Shown here: positions 12,091 through 25,870 of the stretch, in pieces
Numbering within the stretch: the first letter of the stretch is position 1
Layout: each line of letters starts with the position of its first letter
Assembly: GCA_030704615.1 (NCBI GenBank)
Contig: CM060732.1
Span: forward strand, 61,132,001 to 61,196,000
Direction: 5' to 3'
DNA: 64,000 nucleotides
Source of the DNA: Takakia lepidozioides
Taxonomy: Eukaryota; Plantae; Bryophyta
Notes under the pieces: generated by a model
What the model saw: the letters and a program-made list of their open reading frames with translations, nothing else
What the model was told of the DNA's origin: nothing
Databases searched by the model: none
Translations under genes and position numbers: made by a program

Positions 12091-12843
12091 GTTATGATTT
12101 TCTTACTTCGTAAAAATATACACTAAGAATGACAAAAAGAGTGTTATTTGTTATTTGTTATTGAATATATGCTCTCCTCTTTGTTGGCTCTGTCCCTTCA
12201 GGTGGAGACTCTGCCTCGTGTTCAAGTCAATGGAGAAAATGTGGTCAACGGACCTTACACCGTGTCAAGAGTATGATTGGTCTAAAAAAGCTCTCAAGTA
12301 TAAACCACGTGGTAGCTTGTCAAAATTGTTGCTTAAAGCGAGAGCCTCTCGGTTTGCGGCTTCTAAAACACATATGTAATTGTTACATTCAATATACACC
12401 TCTAAACTAGTTGGATCAGATAAGGATTGAGCCATTCTGGCTACTAACAAATCACCTCCATGAATAACAACCCCTAAAGTTGGTGACACACTCACTTAAC
12501 ACACAATTAAGTAAGGTTAACAATTAACACCGGCGTCGGTCTGGTCTCTTGAATTGGAAATGCCATAAGGATCCTGGTATGTAGTGCTATTTTTTTTTTT
12601 TTAAGGCAAGTAGGTTTTCCAATAATGCAGACCCTGAATTTCAAGTACGAATCTGGTATGCACATGTGGTTTTTAAGAAAAAATCAATCCGGATATGAGC
12701 AATGGTATCTGAATGTCAATAATCTGGAAATATGAACTCGGATATGGTTTTAAGAAAATAATAATAAAAACAAAAAATGGTACTAGTATTCAAACTCAAA
12801 TTCAATATTGAAATGGCCATTTGAATACCGTACTTGCCTATGC

Positions 12844-13771
12844 TGTCTGATGATAATTAAATCCAAAAGTAGGCTGCCGGAAAATTTAAAAATGATCCCC
12901 TTCGGTGCTGAATTTCATGCAAATTCGATCTGAAGACCTGCCCTGCCAAAGTCTCGCGTGCCACCATAACGCTACCCGTATATTCATGCAAAGAGCTTTA
13001 AAACAAGCCTGAAGCATATATTCCTTTCCTCTCAAGAAGCGAAGTCGCACAACAAAGGGGCGAGCGGAATGAGCAAGCAGCGCTCGAGAGGAGGATCAAA
13101 CACACGAATCAGACACTAAGCAGCTCTCATCCAAAAACTGTACACCAAAATCACATATACAGCAACACCCGAGTACACCGCCCTGACCTTGTGTCAGGGC
13201 GCCGTCTTTATACAAAAGCCCTAACCGTAGTGGCCTGCCGCGTGGCGAGGCTTTATAGGCCCAAGCCCACGGTGCTGCCTTGCAGCCCTAGATCTAATGA
13301 AGGGCCAGGATCAAGCCACCAGCCTAATCTAACCCTAACCTAAACATCATTGTAACGGATTAACGGCTCTATACGCCCAAAAAATATACTATGGATGTGT
13401 ATCGCCGTTTTGGATGAAACGGGTTAATTCCAGGCGTAAGCAAGTATGGGGCTTTACATCTGTGAAGCCTACCCCCCACGAAAAATCCTGAGCTCCGCGA
13501 AGGAAAACAAATAATGAAATATATATCACCCTCCACTGTTGGGTGAAAAACCTACCAAGGGAAAACCTGGCACCTACAAGGTGGGCCGAGGACAAAACCC
13601 CTGGCTAGGAAAACCGTGCAGGGAGTACAAATGGTGAGATGTCATAAAATGTTCTAAGTCCTAGAGAGACCAAGTCCGAGGACCCTAAGAGGCATCAGCC
13701 GTAAACGAAGACTAAGCCGTCAAGAAGAAAAGTGGAATAAGCTGAAATAGATCGCTAAGAAGATCAAGACA
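12844..13771 (-). mobile_element. 3' LTR of minus-strand Ty3/gypsy element
   Basis: On the minus strand a G-rich PPT-like tract (GGGGGGGGCGCACGGTGGGATGA) immediately precedes TGTCTTGA at 13771. Candidate other terminus ...TCAGACA at 12844 gives TGTCT/AGACA inverted ends. Left boundary less certain. Confidence 0.6.
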
Positions 13772-16700
13772 TCATCCCACCGTGCGCCCCCCCCATGCAT
13801 GTGAGATCAAAAACTAGTTCGGAATGCACTAGGTCCGTCAAGGAAACAGGTTCATCCCGCACTTCAGTGTTAGAGCCTTGGGGAAGAAGAAGAGCACGTC
13901 GCCCACGTAAAATTTGATAGATCAAGTATGGACCGTCGATCTTGAGCTTAGATTTGCATGCATGCTTGCCATGTTGTAATCGAACGCGCACGGTCTGTCC
14001 CACCTGAAATAGGTTAGAATACTTGACACGCTTGTTAAAATTACCGGCCTGGGTGAGTTGAGCCTTACCAATGTTCGTCTTGGCATCATGGATAGACGCC
14101 GCATGTCGAGCATGAAGATCCTCAACAAAGGTCTCAAGATCAACTGGATCAGCAACAGTAGAAATAAGAGGGGTAGAATGCAAAGGAGAAACACACTTGC
14201 AACCATACAACAACTCAAAAGGAGTCTTCTTGGTGCTAGCATGCACGGCGGTGCGATAAGCAAAGAGAATAGGGGGAAGAAATGTATCCCACTCCCTGGT
14301 AAATGCGTCATTCTTCTCCAACATTCGGCAAAGAGTTTGGTTGAATCGTTTCGTAAGGCCATTGGTCTGGGGATGATATGGGGCAGTGGTGGAATGTTTG
14401 ACACCGAAGTTGAAGCAAACCACCGTGAGGAGTTGGTTACAAAACTCCTTGCCCTGATCCGTCAGTATCTCCCGATGACACCCATGCCGCATAAGGATCT
14501 CATTGAAGAAGAACTGAGCTACAGCATCACTAGCCTTGGAATGCAAAGGCCGGACTTCTACCACTTAGTCAAGTAGTCGGTAGCAACACAAAGGTAGCTT
14601 CGACCCTTTGATGTGAGTGTGAGGGGTCCTACTAAGTCAATGCCAACACGAGCAAAAGCATGGGTGACAAGCAAAGGCTGCAGCTCATACAAGATCCGGG
14701 CCCTAAGGAGAGCAATGTTAGCACGACAACCTTCACACTTAGAGATGAACTTGGTGACGTCTCGGTGAATTCCCAGCCAATAATATACCTCTTGGATGTG
14801 GGCCACAGTTTTCTTGATGCCAAGGTGACCTGCATATAAGGAACAATGGAAACGCTCAAATAAAGCATTCAGCTGGCTCCGTGGTGGCACCTCCAAGTAG
14901 CATGGCACTCCTCCTCTAGTGAGCTCCTTGAAAAGCTTATCACCCATAAAACGGTGAGTAAACACATGATAGAGAATTTGTTTACGCAAGGACTCGGAAA
15001 GGCCAGCTGGCGAACGCCCGGATTGGCATCGCTGGAGTAACGTAGCATGTAGCTGATCATCCATGACTGCACTGCACATAAGAGGTAGACAATGGGTTTT
15101 TAGAGAAGGTGGTCTGGAGTGCCTGCACCTGTGATCTCCAACCAGGAATACCTTCACCTCATTTGTTACTACTCATGGACAGCCAAATCAGGCCTTGAGG
15201 CTCAAGCCAATAGTCACACCGGAGTGCAGCAGTCAAATACAACAAACTCCTGGGCCTAGGAAAGAGAAGGACTGAAGCACAACAGGGAACTTCCACCAAA
15301 CTTGTCCGAATTCTCACGAAGCGATAGATCCACCACACATGCTGACACACGAATAAATCAGCCATGATCATCTAGTAGGCTGGACCAGCCCCAAGCAGAC
15401 AATATGCCATGGGAATCCAGGGTCAAGGGTTGCTGATCTGCACAAAGAAGGTTGAGAAGAGGGGCAGGATCAGGAGGAGGGGCAGTATCAGTAGCAACCA
15501 GGTCATCCAAGGTGAGCATAGGCCTGCTGACAGGAGGATCAATCCGTGTGAGTGCATCAGCATTCGTGTTTTCCTTGCCCTTCTTGTAGACTATATCCAT
15601 GTCAAATTCATGTAGGTATATAGCCCATCTAGCCAGTCTGCCATGAAGTTCCCTAGGCTTAACAAGAGCTTTTAGTGGAAGATGATCAGTCTCTACCACA
15701 AACCGGCTGCCATGCAAATATTGTCGAAAATACTTCACACCAAAGACCAGGGCTAGACCCTCCTTATCAGATATGGAATAATTCCTTTCATGACGATCTA
15801 GACGATGAGATGCATAAGCTATGACATGCTCCTTGCCTGCTACTACTTGACATAAGATTGCAGAGATGACAACATCAGATGCATCAGTCTGAAGCAAGAA
15901 AGGTAACTCAAAGTTGGAAAACATCAGGATGGGAGCTGAACACAAAGCCTTGCGAAGGGTGTCAAAGGCAGCCTGCTGGGAGAAGGTCCATTCAAACTTG
16001 GCATCTTTGCGCAACACCTTGGTCAGAAGGTGAGCAAGCTTAGCAAAGTTCTTTATGAAGCGCCGGTAATAAGAAGCCAGACCAAGGAAGGATTTGATAC
16101 AATGTTTATCCCTGGGGATAGGAAAGCCCCAAACAGACTCAAGCTTGGCAGGATCAAGAAGCAAACCATCTTTGGACGGAATGTGGCCAAGGAAGTGGAG
16201 CTCAGGCATGAATAGTTCACATTTCTGGGGCTTGACTTTAAGGCCTGCAGTGCGCAATTTGCTGAAGACACGTTGCAGATCAGCTAAGTGAGCATCAAAG
16301 CTGGCCGAGTAAACATTGATATCATCAACATAAATTAAAGCACACTCCCAGCGAAGATTGCCCAAGACAATGTTCATGAGACGTTGGAAAGTAGAGGTGG
16401 CATTGCACAAACCAAAAAGCATGGTCTCATATTGGTACTTACCCATGCGACACACAAAGGAGGTCTTTTCCTTGGCTGCTTCAGTAAGAGGAACTTGCCA
16501 AAAGCCAGATGCAAGATCAAGAGAGGAGAAAATTGTAGCACCATGTAGTTGATCCAAGGTTTCATTAATCCTGGGTAGAGGGTAGGCATCTTTTTTTGTG
16601 ATGTCATTCAGCTTCCTGAAGTCAACACAGAAGCGGGTGGTGCTATCTTTCTTTCCAACCAGGACAATTGGACTGGCCCAAGGAGAGATTGAAGGTTTAA

Positions 16701-17688
16701 TCACACCAGCATCAAGCATCTTCTGGACTTCTTCTTGGATTATGGCACGTTCCTTGACACTCTCTCGGTAAGCAAATTGTTTAATAGGAGCCCCTTCAGT
16801 GACAATGTCATGTTGAAGAATAGGAGTGCGTCCTAGGTCAGTGGATCCCAAACTGAAAACATCTAGATTCTTTGCAATAAGCATTTCCACCTTCCTCCTT
16901 TGTCCAGAGGAGAGAGTTGTGCCCAACTTGATTTCAGATAAAACCTTGGTGAGGGCCTTCTTACCTCCTAGGCTAAGATCAGGAACAGGTGGTGGTGCAA
17001 TTGCAGCAAAGGCAGCAACCGTATCTAAGGGGCCATGTTGGATGCCAATGGCCTCAAGACCAAAACCAGCTTGCACCTCTTGTATGTCAGCAATGGGAAG
17101 AGCAGTGATGTGAGCCAGAACATGTCCCCTTTTAATAGTCACAGGGAAGCGCTCAGGATTAGCAATTAAGATCTTGACCTCTTGTCTATATCCTCTATCA
17201 AGAACACCAGTGGCCACCAGGCAGTGCTTAAGGGCAGTCAATCTCCTCCAACCCTCAACTTCTAGGAAATGAGCAGCTGGACACAAGAAAGCCAGACCAG
17301 ACTTGACCACCCTTTGGGTCAAGGCAGGGATGGTGATGTTGAGAGGTGCACGAATTAAAGTAGAATTCTTTGGAATAGCTATGGGCATCCCTGTCCTATC
17401 CCTAGCACCAGGTACATGCCACTGATATAAGAGTTGAAGATCAGGCTGAAACTTGTAGAAATCGTTCCAATTGAGGTTGGAGTGAGAGTTCTGTTGTACC
17501 TCCTTTACCAGGGCTTGGACTCTGGCCAAATTGGCTGTAGCAGACCCAGCCTTGATCTTTACTGCCTTCAAGGGAACCACTACTTCATGACCTTCTCCAT
17601 TGTTAAAGCGAAGGGGGTAGTCTGCTAGGCTGATGGTGGCACCAGCCCCGGTCATCCAGTCAAGGCCTAGAAGGAATTGATCTCCAAT
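13764..17688 (-). mobile_element. Ty3/gypsy pol (protease tail - dUTPase-like - RT - RNase H - integrase), 5' truncated, no chromodomain seen
   Basis: FLLGLDW (protease C-term); SPWASPIVLV/RFCVDFRKLN/YVDD (RT); LQTDASD, VETDH (RNase H); H..GHLG..C..C, GIDLVGPL, TDQGKEF, YHPQTNG (integrase); stops and frameshifts. Confidence 0.93.
17090..17385 (-). other. Degenerate trimeric dUTPase-like domain between protease and RT
   Basis: ITIPALTQRVVKSGLAF...GVLDRGYRQEVKILIAN...VTIKRGHVLAHI resembles dUTPase motif 3 (GvID.dYrGEi.v.l.N) and motif 4 (i..GdRIAQl). Confidence 0.65.
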
Positions 17689-17910
17689 TGTCACGGCCCT
17701 TTGCCTTGAGGGCAGGAGGTCGGGACACAAGTGGGGTTGCCCCTGTGGTGGGGGCAGTGGCAACAATAGATGCGGGGGCTGAAGCACCCTTGGCAGAGGC
17801 GCTCACTAGGTGGAGCCCCGCATACCGGGTTGCGGTGGGGGGTGGTTCCACGAGGGGTGGTGGTAGCTTAATGGGACTTAGTGGGGGTGGCATAGGACTC
17901 ACGGGGGCGA
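17689..17910 (+). mobile_element. 5' fragment of an LTR (same family as solo LTR at 20191-20916)
   Basis: Begins TGTCACGGCCCTTTGCCTTGAGGGC exactly where the minus-strand gypsy is cut; matches the reverse complement of ~20690-20916; joined directly to gag with no PBS. Confidence 0.8.
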
Positions 17911-20190
17911 CGTGTCACCAAAGCGGCAATCGAGGAGGAAATTCAGGCTTTTGAAAACGAGGCCACTCAAGAACGGGAGGAATCTGGGGAGTTGGAGCCC
18001 GAGGACCTCCTGGAGACTCCGCCAGACCAACAGATGTCTCCCATGCCAGCAGCCTTTTGGAAAGGATTGTTGGCGCAGTTTGGCGGGACATTGAAAGATG
18101 TGTTGAAGGCGGCTAATGCCACCTCCACTAAGGCAAAGTTTAAGGTGAAGCCTAAGGAACCCGGCACCTTCGAGGGCGTCCGAAATCAGAAGGCACTCAA
18201 CACCTGGCTCTTGGAGCTGGAGCAGTACTTCCGGGCGGCCAAGTTGAGTGACAAGGATCGGGTGGAAATGGCTCCCACCTATTTGAGGGGCTATGGTGGC
18301 AGAAACGCCTTCACGACCAAGGTCCAAACCCGGAAACCATGAGCTGGAGTAGGTTCAAGGAACTTATGAAGAGCCCCTCAACGCGTCCTGGCTCGTCCGG
18401 GACAAGATGAGGAATTTGAAGCGAATGGATGACATTGATATGTTCAGGCTTTCAATGTGCTGTTGCTCGAAGTCGCGGACATGGCAGAACTAGAAATGGT
18501 CTTCAACTTTGTGGTGGGACTGGCCCCATGGGCCAGGCGGAAGTTGGAGGAGAAGCCACCTAAGACTTTGAACGAGGCAATTAAGAGGGCTGAATGTTTC
18601 TCGTATGTCCCTAGGAGCGAAAGACAAGGCCGTACGGAGCTGAACCACAAGAAGGCCCGACGGGAGGGTGACTCCGTCCGACCGGAAAAGAAGTGGGATA
18701 GGCCACGCGGTGACAATGGCACGTGGAAATCGAAGGGAGGTCCTTCACACGTCAAGGCGGCACCCGGTGCTCCGAAAGGAAAATCAAGTGCGGCGGCTTA
18801 TGGCAGACAGAAGGCGAATGGAGTGTGCTTTAATTGCGGGGAGCCCAGGCACATGGCCAAAAAGGGCACAAAACCCCGACAATTGAACATGACTCGGGCG
18901 GCCACGGAGCTGTCCGAAGATTCCATTAGCCGTTTGGTGGAGGCGGTGGTCGCCAAAACTTGCAAGGTAGGCAACTATTTTTGTGAGTTGTATCAGGAAA
19001 CTGGCGCCTTGCGTAAAGGGAGTCAGTTTTTGTTCGTGAGTGGGATAATCTCCGGAACTAACGTGTCATTGTTGGTGGACACGGGAGCGTCGCACTCCTT
19101 CATGACATCGGCAACGGCACGGAAGGTGGGGCTCCCGACAAGTGATGTGGGGGCCTCCATTGAAGTGCGTTCGGCCAAAGGAGAACCACAACGGGCGACA
19201 AGGTTGGCGTTCGAAGTTCATCTTCAGCTCGGGAGTTGGGAGGGACGTGAGAACTTCACCATTTGCGAGATCGATGGAGTGGATCTCATTTTGGGGATGA
19301 CCTTTTTGAGCAAATCCGGAGCGGTCATAGATGGCCGCAAGAGAATAGTCACGCTACCCTGTGGGAATGGTGGCGAAGTTTTACGAGTGTCGGAAACGCC
19401 CAACCCAGTGGGAGGGCGAATAAACCTACTGTCAGCAAAGGAGTGGGCCGTGGAGAAGCCACACGAGCCCCAGTTTTTGCTTTACGTAAGACAAGTGAAG
19501 GGAGACAAGTGAAGGGAGAAGGCGATAGGGAGCTGAGCCCAGATTGGATCAAGGGGATTTTGGAGAAATACCAGGATGTGATGCCGGAGGATTTACCAAG
19601 CGGCTTGCCACCGCGAAGAGGAGTTGACCACAAGATTGAGGTGATACCGGGATCGGAGCCGCCTGCCAAGGCGCCCTACTGGCTGAGCCACAGAGAGTTG
19701 GTCGAGTTGAAGGCTCAGCTCAAGGATCTAATGTCAAAGGGGTACATCCGGCCGAGTAATTAGTCACCTTACGGAGCCCCAGTGCTATTCGCAGACAAGA
19801 AGGATGGGACGCTGCGGATGTGTGTTGATTATAGGGCTCTGAATAAGGTGAGTATCAAGAACCGATACCTTTTGCCAATGATCAATGAACTTTTCGATCG
19901 GTTGGCAGGAGCGAAATATTTCAGCCGGATCGATTTACGCTCGGGCTACCATCAAATCCGAGTGGTGGAAGGAGATGAGGAGAAGACCGCGTGCAGGACA
20001 AGATATGGTTCGTATGAGTTCTTGGTGATGCCTTTTGGGCTCACCAACGCACCCGCGACCTTTAGCACGCTAATGAATAGCATTTTCCAGGAGTGGTTGG
20101 ATGACTTTGTGATCACTAGAAGAGAAACCGGTTTTTTCCACGGCTTTTTCCATACTTTTTGTTGTGGAATCAGCCGCAGTCCACACCTGC

Positions 20191-20916
20191 TGTCGCGCAC
20201 CTCACTTCGGTAAACTCCCCTTCAAGTCATAGTTACTCGCTTTGATGCGCGCGCCTGACTCCCAACCTGGCCACCGGGCCAACTTGGAGCTTCGGCTGCT
20301 CACCGGGACATAACGGTCCCCTTTCGCTTCCCTCTAAAACCCTCCACCTAATTGGGACTAGGAGAATTCCCTTTGGTAGATGGCAGTCCGGAACAGCTCC
20401 CCACTCTTTGGTCGCTTTCCGGCTCGCTCGCTTACTCACTAGTTTTTGGTCACCAACGGGTTTGCACCGTTCTCGGGGTTACTACTCCATATATATACTT
20501 ATGTAGCTGTCCGCGGGGGTTTCACAACCAGCTATGCCATTTTATGGCGAACCACCACGAAGACCCTCAATTCCCGGTGGTGAGTCGCGGTGAGTCTTGG
20601 CCCGCTCACCACGGCCCCAATGGACCGTGATGAGTCCCAAAACTCCCCACGACTCCCACCACGAGGTCTCCGCCCCCATGGTGAGTCATATGCCATCCCC
20701 ACTAAGTCCCACTAAGCTACCACCACCCCTTGTGGAGCCACCCCCACCGCAACCCGGTGTGCGGGGCTCCACCTAGTGAGCGCCTCCGCTTCCCTGAGTG
20801 CCTTGGGCACTCAAGGGTGCCTCAGCCCCCCATACCTATTGTTGCCGTTGCCCCCACCACAGGGGCAGCCCCTCATGTGTCCCGACCCCCTGCCCTCAAG
20901 GCAAAGGGCCGCGACA
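20191..20916 (-). mobile_element. Solo LTR (726 bp)
   Basis: Termini TGTCGCG...CGCGACA with 5-bp TSD CCTGC on both sides (20186-20190, 20917-20921). Confidence 0.92.
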
Positions 20917-21589
20917 CCTGCCGTGGGTGTAAGGAACGACTGGTGCTTTCGGACACCCCGTGGAAAAGTCCACGGGTGGTTTTTTCCACGGGAGGCTTTT
21001 TCCATGGGTGGGCTTTTTTCACGGGGTGCATGGTGACATGGCCGCTGACATGGCAGAGTGTGAAAAAATGCTAGTGTGGCATGTTTCACGGCAGATTTCA
21101 CACCTTCAACAAGCCACTATGCGACACGTGTCATATTTCACACCTTCGACAAGTCACTATGCAACACGTGTTCGTTCCTGTGTGGTGGTACACATTAATT
21201 AATTATTATTTGCTTTCCAATATTAAGTTTGAATATTAATGGATTTAATTTATTGTTATTATTATTATTATAGAAAAAATGGACAGTGGCCTGGATGAGA
21301 ACATTATTAAATAACAAAATATTGAAATTATGTTTTTAGAGATTATATTTATTCGCTCAGATACCAAAACACACCGTTTGCAGGGAAGGAGAGTTTGCCT
21401 CAGTGTCTATGCTGAGTTGCGTCTCCTACTCTCTGTAATCTAATAGACATTCACCTTTTTCCCTCGGTTGTCCCACCCTTGAGTGCGGTCAGAAAAGCAT
21501 TCATTCCACAACTTCTCCTCATCTCTGTTACATGTTTCTGGATACTTTCCTATTGTCACTTTGGTAGTATCATGTCAAAATCACTCCAA

Positions 21590-22855
21590 ACTATGTACCA
21601 TATACCCAGGCAGGTTTCTTGTAGCTAACCCTCCACAGGGAATCATAAGTAATCTGGAGCTTGAAAGCTGGCCCTCTTGGATGACACTCTACCCTGCTCC
21701 TTCAGCTATCCATGCCTCTGCACAAATCATGCATACATCTTTGCATTGATGTTAACAGCTGACAATGGCAGCCTAGATTTGTTCCAGCAAACACCCAACT
21801 CATCTTAGCACACCAGTTCCTATTCTCAATTGCATCTACCACTCTGTAATCCAAAGGCATTTACCTTCCAAGACGGTTGTCCCAACATTGACTGGGGTCA
21901 GAAAAGTATTCATTCCACAGCTTCTCCTCTCTGTTACCTATTTCTGGATACTTTCCTATTGTCACTTTGGCAGTATCATGTCAAAGTCACTCCAAACTAT
22001 CAAAGGTTCACTCAACCAGCTAACTTGCAGAATTCCTAAAACATAAAAATTTAGGGGGATTCTGATAAGAGGGGAAAACAGAGTGAAATGGGTTGAAGAA
22101 GGTGCCTTGATTAGCATTGCCTGATTTTATCAATTGTGCCGTTGCTGCTGCGGCTTCCAGTTGACCATCTACCCATGCAGGTTTCTTGGAGCTATTTTTC
22201 CACGGGGAATCACCCCTTCCCGCATCATTGCTCATAGGTCTCCAAAGCCTCCATCCACGGCCTTGCTGTGCACTCCATCCACGGATCGACACCACATCTC
22301 GTTCAGCCATACTGTCAAACACTTCCTTTGCATCCTCGATGCACCCACATTTGGCATACATGTAGTCCACCAGAGCAGTGTTCAGAATGACATTGGGTAC
22401 GATTCCAGATTTGACGATGTCACCATGGACCTCTTTGCCCTTTTCCAGAGCTCCCAGGCTTGCACATGCATTACAAACAAATGTGATGTGGTTGGGCTTC
22501 ACCCCTTCGCGCAGCAGTTGCTCATAGGTCTCCAAAGCATTCCTACCACACCCATGTTAAATCCTGCCAACATTACATTCAACGTGATCAAAGATCGTTG
22601 AGGCATTCCGTTGAACACTCGGTGTGCATTCATGATGCTCCTGCACTTAACATACATGTTCACAAGGGGGTTGAGGAGAAAAACACTTTGGATAATGTGA
22701 CTGAAATGCTCCTTGGTTTAAAGGTTGTAGAGCCTCTTTCAGTCTGCCTGCCTCACAAAGCATCTTCACATGCCCAGAAGAGCAAGAAGAGGCATTATGA
22801 ACTCCCTCTCTTGATCCTCTTTTAGAAGCTGTGGTATGGTTGAGGTGCCTGATTT
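21590..22855 (-). pseudogene. Captured, scrambled PDF-PPR gene fragments (exon and intron pieces)
   Basis: Two PDF second-exon copies (~21590-21690, ~22130-22210: SSKKPAWVDGQ), a PLS unit (VKPNHITFVCNACASLGALEKGKEVH...), and matches to 34020-34330 and 35960-36100. Confidence 0.8.
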
Positions 22856-25800
22856 AAATCAGGGCTGCCAGGCCTGCAATGCACACAAACATGATGTGGC
22901 CAGGCTGAACCCCTTCCCCCATCATTTGCTCATAGGTCTCCAAAGCCTCCATCCCACGTCTCTGCTGTGCATACCCTGCAAGCATCGCACTCCACGACAC
23001 CACATCTTGTTCAGCCATAGTGTTGAACACTCCCTTTGCATCCCCGATGCACCCACATTTTGCATACATGTCCACTAGGATATTGTTTAAAATGACATTT
23101 GGTACAATTCCAGCTCTGAAGGTGTCACCATGGACCTCCTTCCCCTTTTCCAGAGCTGCCAGGGCAGTGTTTCGAATGACATTAGGTACAATTCCAGCTT
23201 TGATGATATCCCCATGCACCTCTTTGCCCTTCTCCAGGGCTGCCAGGCCTGCAATGCATACAAACATGATGTGGCCGGGCTGAACCGCTTCCCCCATCAT
23301 TTGCTCATAGGTCTCCAAAGCCTCCATCCCACGTCCCTGCTGTGAATACCTTGCAAGCATCGCACTCCACGACACCACATCTCGTTCAGCCATAGTGTTG
23401 AACACTCCCTTTGCATCCCCGATGCACCCACATTTTGCCTACATATCCACTAGGGTATTGTTCAAAATGACATTTGGTACAATTCCAGCTCTGAAGGTGT
23501 CACCATGGACCTCCTTCCCCTTTTCCAGAGCTGCTAGGGCAGTGTTTCGAATAACATTAGATACAATTCCAGCTTTGATGATATCCCCATGCACCTCTTT
23601 GCCCTTCTCCAAGGCTGCCAGGCCTGCAATGCATACAAACATGATGTGGCCGGGCTGAACCCCTTCCCATTTGCTCATAGGTCTCCAAAGCCTCCATCCC
23701 ATGTCCCTGCTGTGCATACCCTGCAAGCATCGCACCCCACGACACCACATCTCGTTCAGCCATAGTGTTGAACACTCCCTTTGCATCCCCGATGCACCCA
23801 CATTTTGCATACATGTCCACTAGGGTATTATTCAAAATGACATTTGGTACAATTCCAGCTCTGAAGGTGTCACCATGGACCTCCTTCCCCTTTTCCAGAG
23901 CTGCTAGGGCAGTGTTTCGAATGACATTAGGTACAATTCCAGCTTTGATGATATCCCCATGCACCTCTTTGCCCTTCTCTAGGGCTGCCAGGCCTGCAAT
24001 GCATACAAACATGATGTGGCCGGGCTGAACCCCTTCCCCCATCATTTGCTCACAGGTCTCCAAAGCCTCCATCCCACGTCCCTGCTATGCATACCCTGCA
24101 AGCATCGCACTCCATGACACCACATCCCGTTCAGCCATAGTGTTGAACACTCCCTTTGCATCCCCGATGCACCCACATTTTGCCTACATATCCACTAGGG
24201 TATTGTTCAAAATGACATTTGGTACAATTCCAGCTCTGAAGGTGTCACCATGGACCTCCTTCCCCTTTTCCAGAGCTGCCAGGGCAATGTTTCGAATGAC
24301 ATTAGGTACAATTCCAGCTTTGATGATATCCCCATGCACCTCTTTGCCCTTCTCCAGGGCTGCCAGGCCTGCAATGCATACAAACATGATGTGGCCGGGC
24401 TAGACCCCTTCCCCCGTCAGTTGCTCATAGGTCTCCAAAGCCTCCATCCCACGTCCCTGCAAGCATCGCACTCCACGACACCACATCTCGTTCAGCCATA
24501 GTGTTGAGCACTCCCTTTGCATCCCCGATGCACCCACATTTTGCATACATGTCCACTAGGGTATTGTTCAGAATGACATTTGGTACAATTCCAGCTCTGA
24601 AGATGTCACCACGGACCTCCTTCCTCTTTTCCAGAGCTGCCAGGGCAGTGTATGGAATGACATTAGGTATAATTCGAGCTTTGATGATATCCCCATGCAC
24701 CTCTTTACCCTTCTCCAGGGCTGCCAAGCCTACAATGCATACAAACATGATGTGGCTGGGCTGGACCCCCGCCCCCATCATTTGCTCATAGGTCTCCAAA
24801 GCCTCCATCCCACGTCCTTGCTGTGCATACCCTGCAAGCATCGCACCCCACGACACCACATCTCGTTCAGCCATAGTGTTGAACACTCCCTTTGCATCCC
24901 CGATGCACCCACATTTTGCCTACATGTCCACTAGGGTATTGTTCAGAATGACATTTGGTACAATTCCAGCTCTGAAGGTGTCACCATGGACCTCCTTCCC
25001 CTTTTCCAGAGCTGCCAGGGTAGTGTTTCGAATGACATTAGGTACAATTCCAGCTTTGATGATATCCCCATGCACCTCTTTGCCCTTCTCTAGGGCTGCC
25101 AGGCCTGCAATGCATACAAACATGACGTGGCCGGGTTGGACCCCTTCCTCCATCAGTTGCTCATAGGTAACCAAAGCCTCCATCCCATGTCCCTGCTGTG
25201 CATACCCTGCAAGCATCGCACTCCACGACACCACATCTCGTTCAGCCATAGTGTTGAACACTCCCTTTTTATCCTCGATGCACCCGCATTTTGCATACAT
25301 GTCCACCAGGGTATTGTTCAAAATGACATTTGGTACAATTCCAACTCTGAAGGTGTCACCATGGAGCTGCCAGGGCAGTGTTTCGAATGACATTTGGTAC
25401 AATTCCAGCTTTGATGATATCCCCATGCACCTCTTTGCCCTTCTCCAGGGCTGCCAGGCCTGCAATGCATACAAATAGAATGTGGTCGGGCTGGACCCCT
25501 TCCCCCATCATTTGCTCATAGGTTTCCAAAGCCTCCATCCCACGTCCCTGCTGTGCATACCCTGCAAGCATCGCACTCCATGACACCACATCTCGTTCAG
25601 CCATAGTGTTGAACACTCCCTTTGCATCCCCGATGCACCCACATTTTGCATACATGTCCACTAGGGTATTGTTCAGAATGACATTTGGTACAATTCCAGC
25701 TCTGAAGATGTCACCGCAGACCTCCTTCCCCTTTTCCAGAGCTGCCAGGGCAGTGTTTAGAATGACATTAGGTACAATTCCAGCTTTGATGATATCCCCA

Positions 25801-25870
25801 TGCACCTCTTTGCCCTTCTCAAGGGTTGCCAGGCTTGCACAAGCATTGCAATGCACACAAACATGATGTG
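22856..25870 (-). repeat. Tandem array of 8 x ~375-bp PPR-coding units (125 aa)
   Basis: catagtgttga(a/g)cactccc recurs at ~23016, 23391, 23761, 24136, 24497, 24872, 25247, 25602. Unit ERDVVSWSAMLAGYAQQG...VHGDIIKAGIVPNV...VHGDTFRAGIVPNVILNNTLVDMYAKCG; some units have stops or small deletions. Confidence 0.95.

Noticed and set aside
13323-13345. CCTAATCTAACCCTAACCTAAA as interstitial telomere
   Set aside because: Too short and degenerate; fits telo-box-like LTR promoter sequence.
17689-17787. N-terminus of the 809-aa ORF 15358..17787
   Set aside because: Read-through from the antisense of an inserted LTR; the real pol sequence stops at 17688.
23020-25866. Repeated plus-strand ORFs (MLNTPFASPMHPHF...)
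   Set aside because: Antisense shadows of the minus-strand PPR array.
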